64,000 bases of DNA from Geosiphon pyriformis uo1 (Eukaryota > Fungi > Glomeromycota): NCBI GenBank assembly GCA_016748015.1, contig JAAOMT010000239.1, positions 477,038-541,037 of the forward strand, read 5' to 3'. This document shows positions 62,767 through 64,000 of the stretch, piece after piece. Numbering within the stretch: position 1 is the stretch's first letter; each line of letters begins with the position of its first letter. The translations under genes and the position numbers were made by a program. A model generated the notes under the pieces. It made no database searches. It saw only the letters and a program-made list of their open reading frames with translations, and was not told the origin of the DNA.

Positions 62767-64000
62767 TGTTACTCATAGAATATAAGAAATATAGTATTAT
62801 TAGTCAGTAGATATTAGCCAATCAGATGTAGATGTAGTAAATATGGAATTCTAAGATTCTTCTTAGAAGAATTGCAAGATTCCAGGAATTTCAGGATTTT
62901 CCAACAAGGAATCATAGGATTCCAGAATTCCAGGATTCCTTTCATCAGAAATTGCAGGATTTCAGGAATTCCAGAATTCTTGTTGCAAAGAATTGAGGAA
63001 TTGAAGAATTTCAAATATGTATATATAGCAGTAGCATTAGAAGCAGAAAAGACAGAATCAACACTAAGAACTCTTAGCTTAATTACCACAATCCTTAAAT
63101 AAATAACTATTCAATATATCAAATTTATTCTTCACTATCAACACTTCATGTTGATAGTAATTGATACTTAACTATACTAGAACAATAGTTCTTGATTATG
63201 GCTATTGACAGAATAGTAATTTGCAAATTGTCTTGGCTTATTTCTTATTTTCTTTTTTTATCTTTTCTTTATTTTCTTTGTTGTCTATTAACTTGATTAA
63301 AAGATTTACTCTTGGAGGACTTATGGAGGAATAAAACTTAATTAAACAATACTTACTCTTGGAGAACTTATAGAAGAATAAACTTGCTTAAACAATACTT
63401 ACTCTTAGAAGACTTAAAGAGAAACTGACGTCAGGAAACAGCACTGGTATACACTGTTACTGGAGGTTTTTGGTCTCTTTTCTTGAATGTTGTAACTGTC
63501 TGTTGGTTGCAAATTCACGTTTTCTAGAAGTAGTTGAACCTCCAATAACTGAATTTATCTTCAAATTATCTCCTATAATTTGAACTGCTGGGCTTATAAA
63601 TAGAATGGCCAATTCCTTACCAGTTACTTTATGTAGTTACGTTGTAGTAAATGTCAACTCTTTCCCAGGAATTGCTCATCTGAAAGCTCACTAAAAATGT
63701 GTAGTTACTTTGCTGTGAAAGTCAACTCTTCTACTGGAATCTTGTCTGTAGGCTACTCTAATGATTGTAATAAGAAAAGAAAAGAAAAATAAAAGAAATG
63801 TAAAAGAAATAGGATTTTATCAAGGGAAACGTTTTCTATTCAGGCCTGGAGTCACTAACAGTTTACTGAAATTGGTAGCTAATCAATTTCGAAATGTTAG
63901 TTGGGTTTTGGGGATTTTCCAAGTACAATAATTAAAGAATTTGGTTTTTCGAATTATTTGATATTTATTTTTTTTTGTGTGTGTAGGAATGGTTCTAAGT
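62767..64000 (+). mobile_element. LTR of a related gypsy subfamily inserted into LINE copy 4 (end not seen in the window)
   Basis: Starts TGTTACTCATAGAA. Homologous to the 16367 LTR until about 63290, then diverges and carries about 3 copies of TTACTCTTGGAG.ACTTA. Confidence 0.85.

Overview
Eukaryotic, intron-rich, AT-rich fungal genomic DNA. The gene and transposon style suggests an early-diverging fungus, probably Glomeromycotina (inference). About 70% of the window is decayed retroelements. 1-17252 holds two copies of one Ty3/gypsy family in inverted orientation: copy A (minus strand) sits in the gag of copy B, and B sits in the 5' end of a LINE. Their single gag-pol frame carries a Cys-rich insert, a dUTPase and a long post-integrase extension. 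There are four LINE copies (ORF1; ORF2 = APE endonuclease, RT, RNase H, zinc finger), an ORF1-only 2.3-kb non-autonomous element with its own target-site duplication (TSD), and a third LTR at the right edge. Host genes are SEC23, a FANCF-like gene, a TRM140/METTL2-like tRNA m3C methyltransferase, RPS13 (with a U12-type-looking intron), SNRNP40 and HEM14/PPOX. Highlights: (1) a HAL1-like ORF1-only retroelement family that shares a structured 3' RNA tail with the autonomous LINEs; (2) several very AT-rich spacers are C>T/G>A-eroded ghosts of these elements, implying RIP-like hypermutation; (3) a candidate fungal FANCF; (4) the two inverted gypsy copies share the same inactivating lesions. All alignments and protein family calls were made by eye or from memory of motifs; no searches were run.
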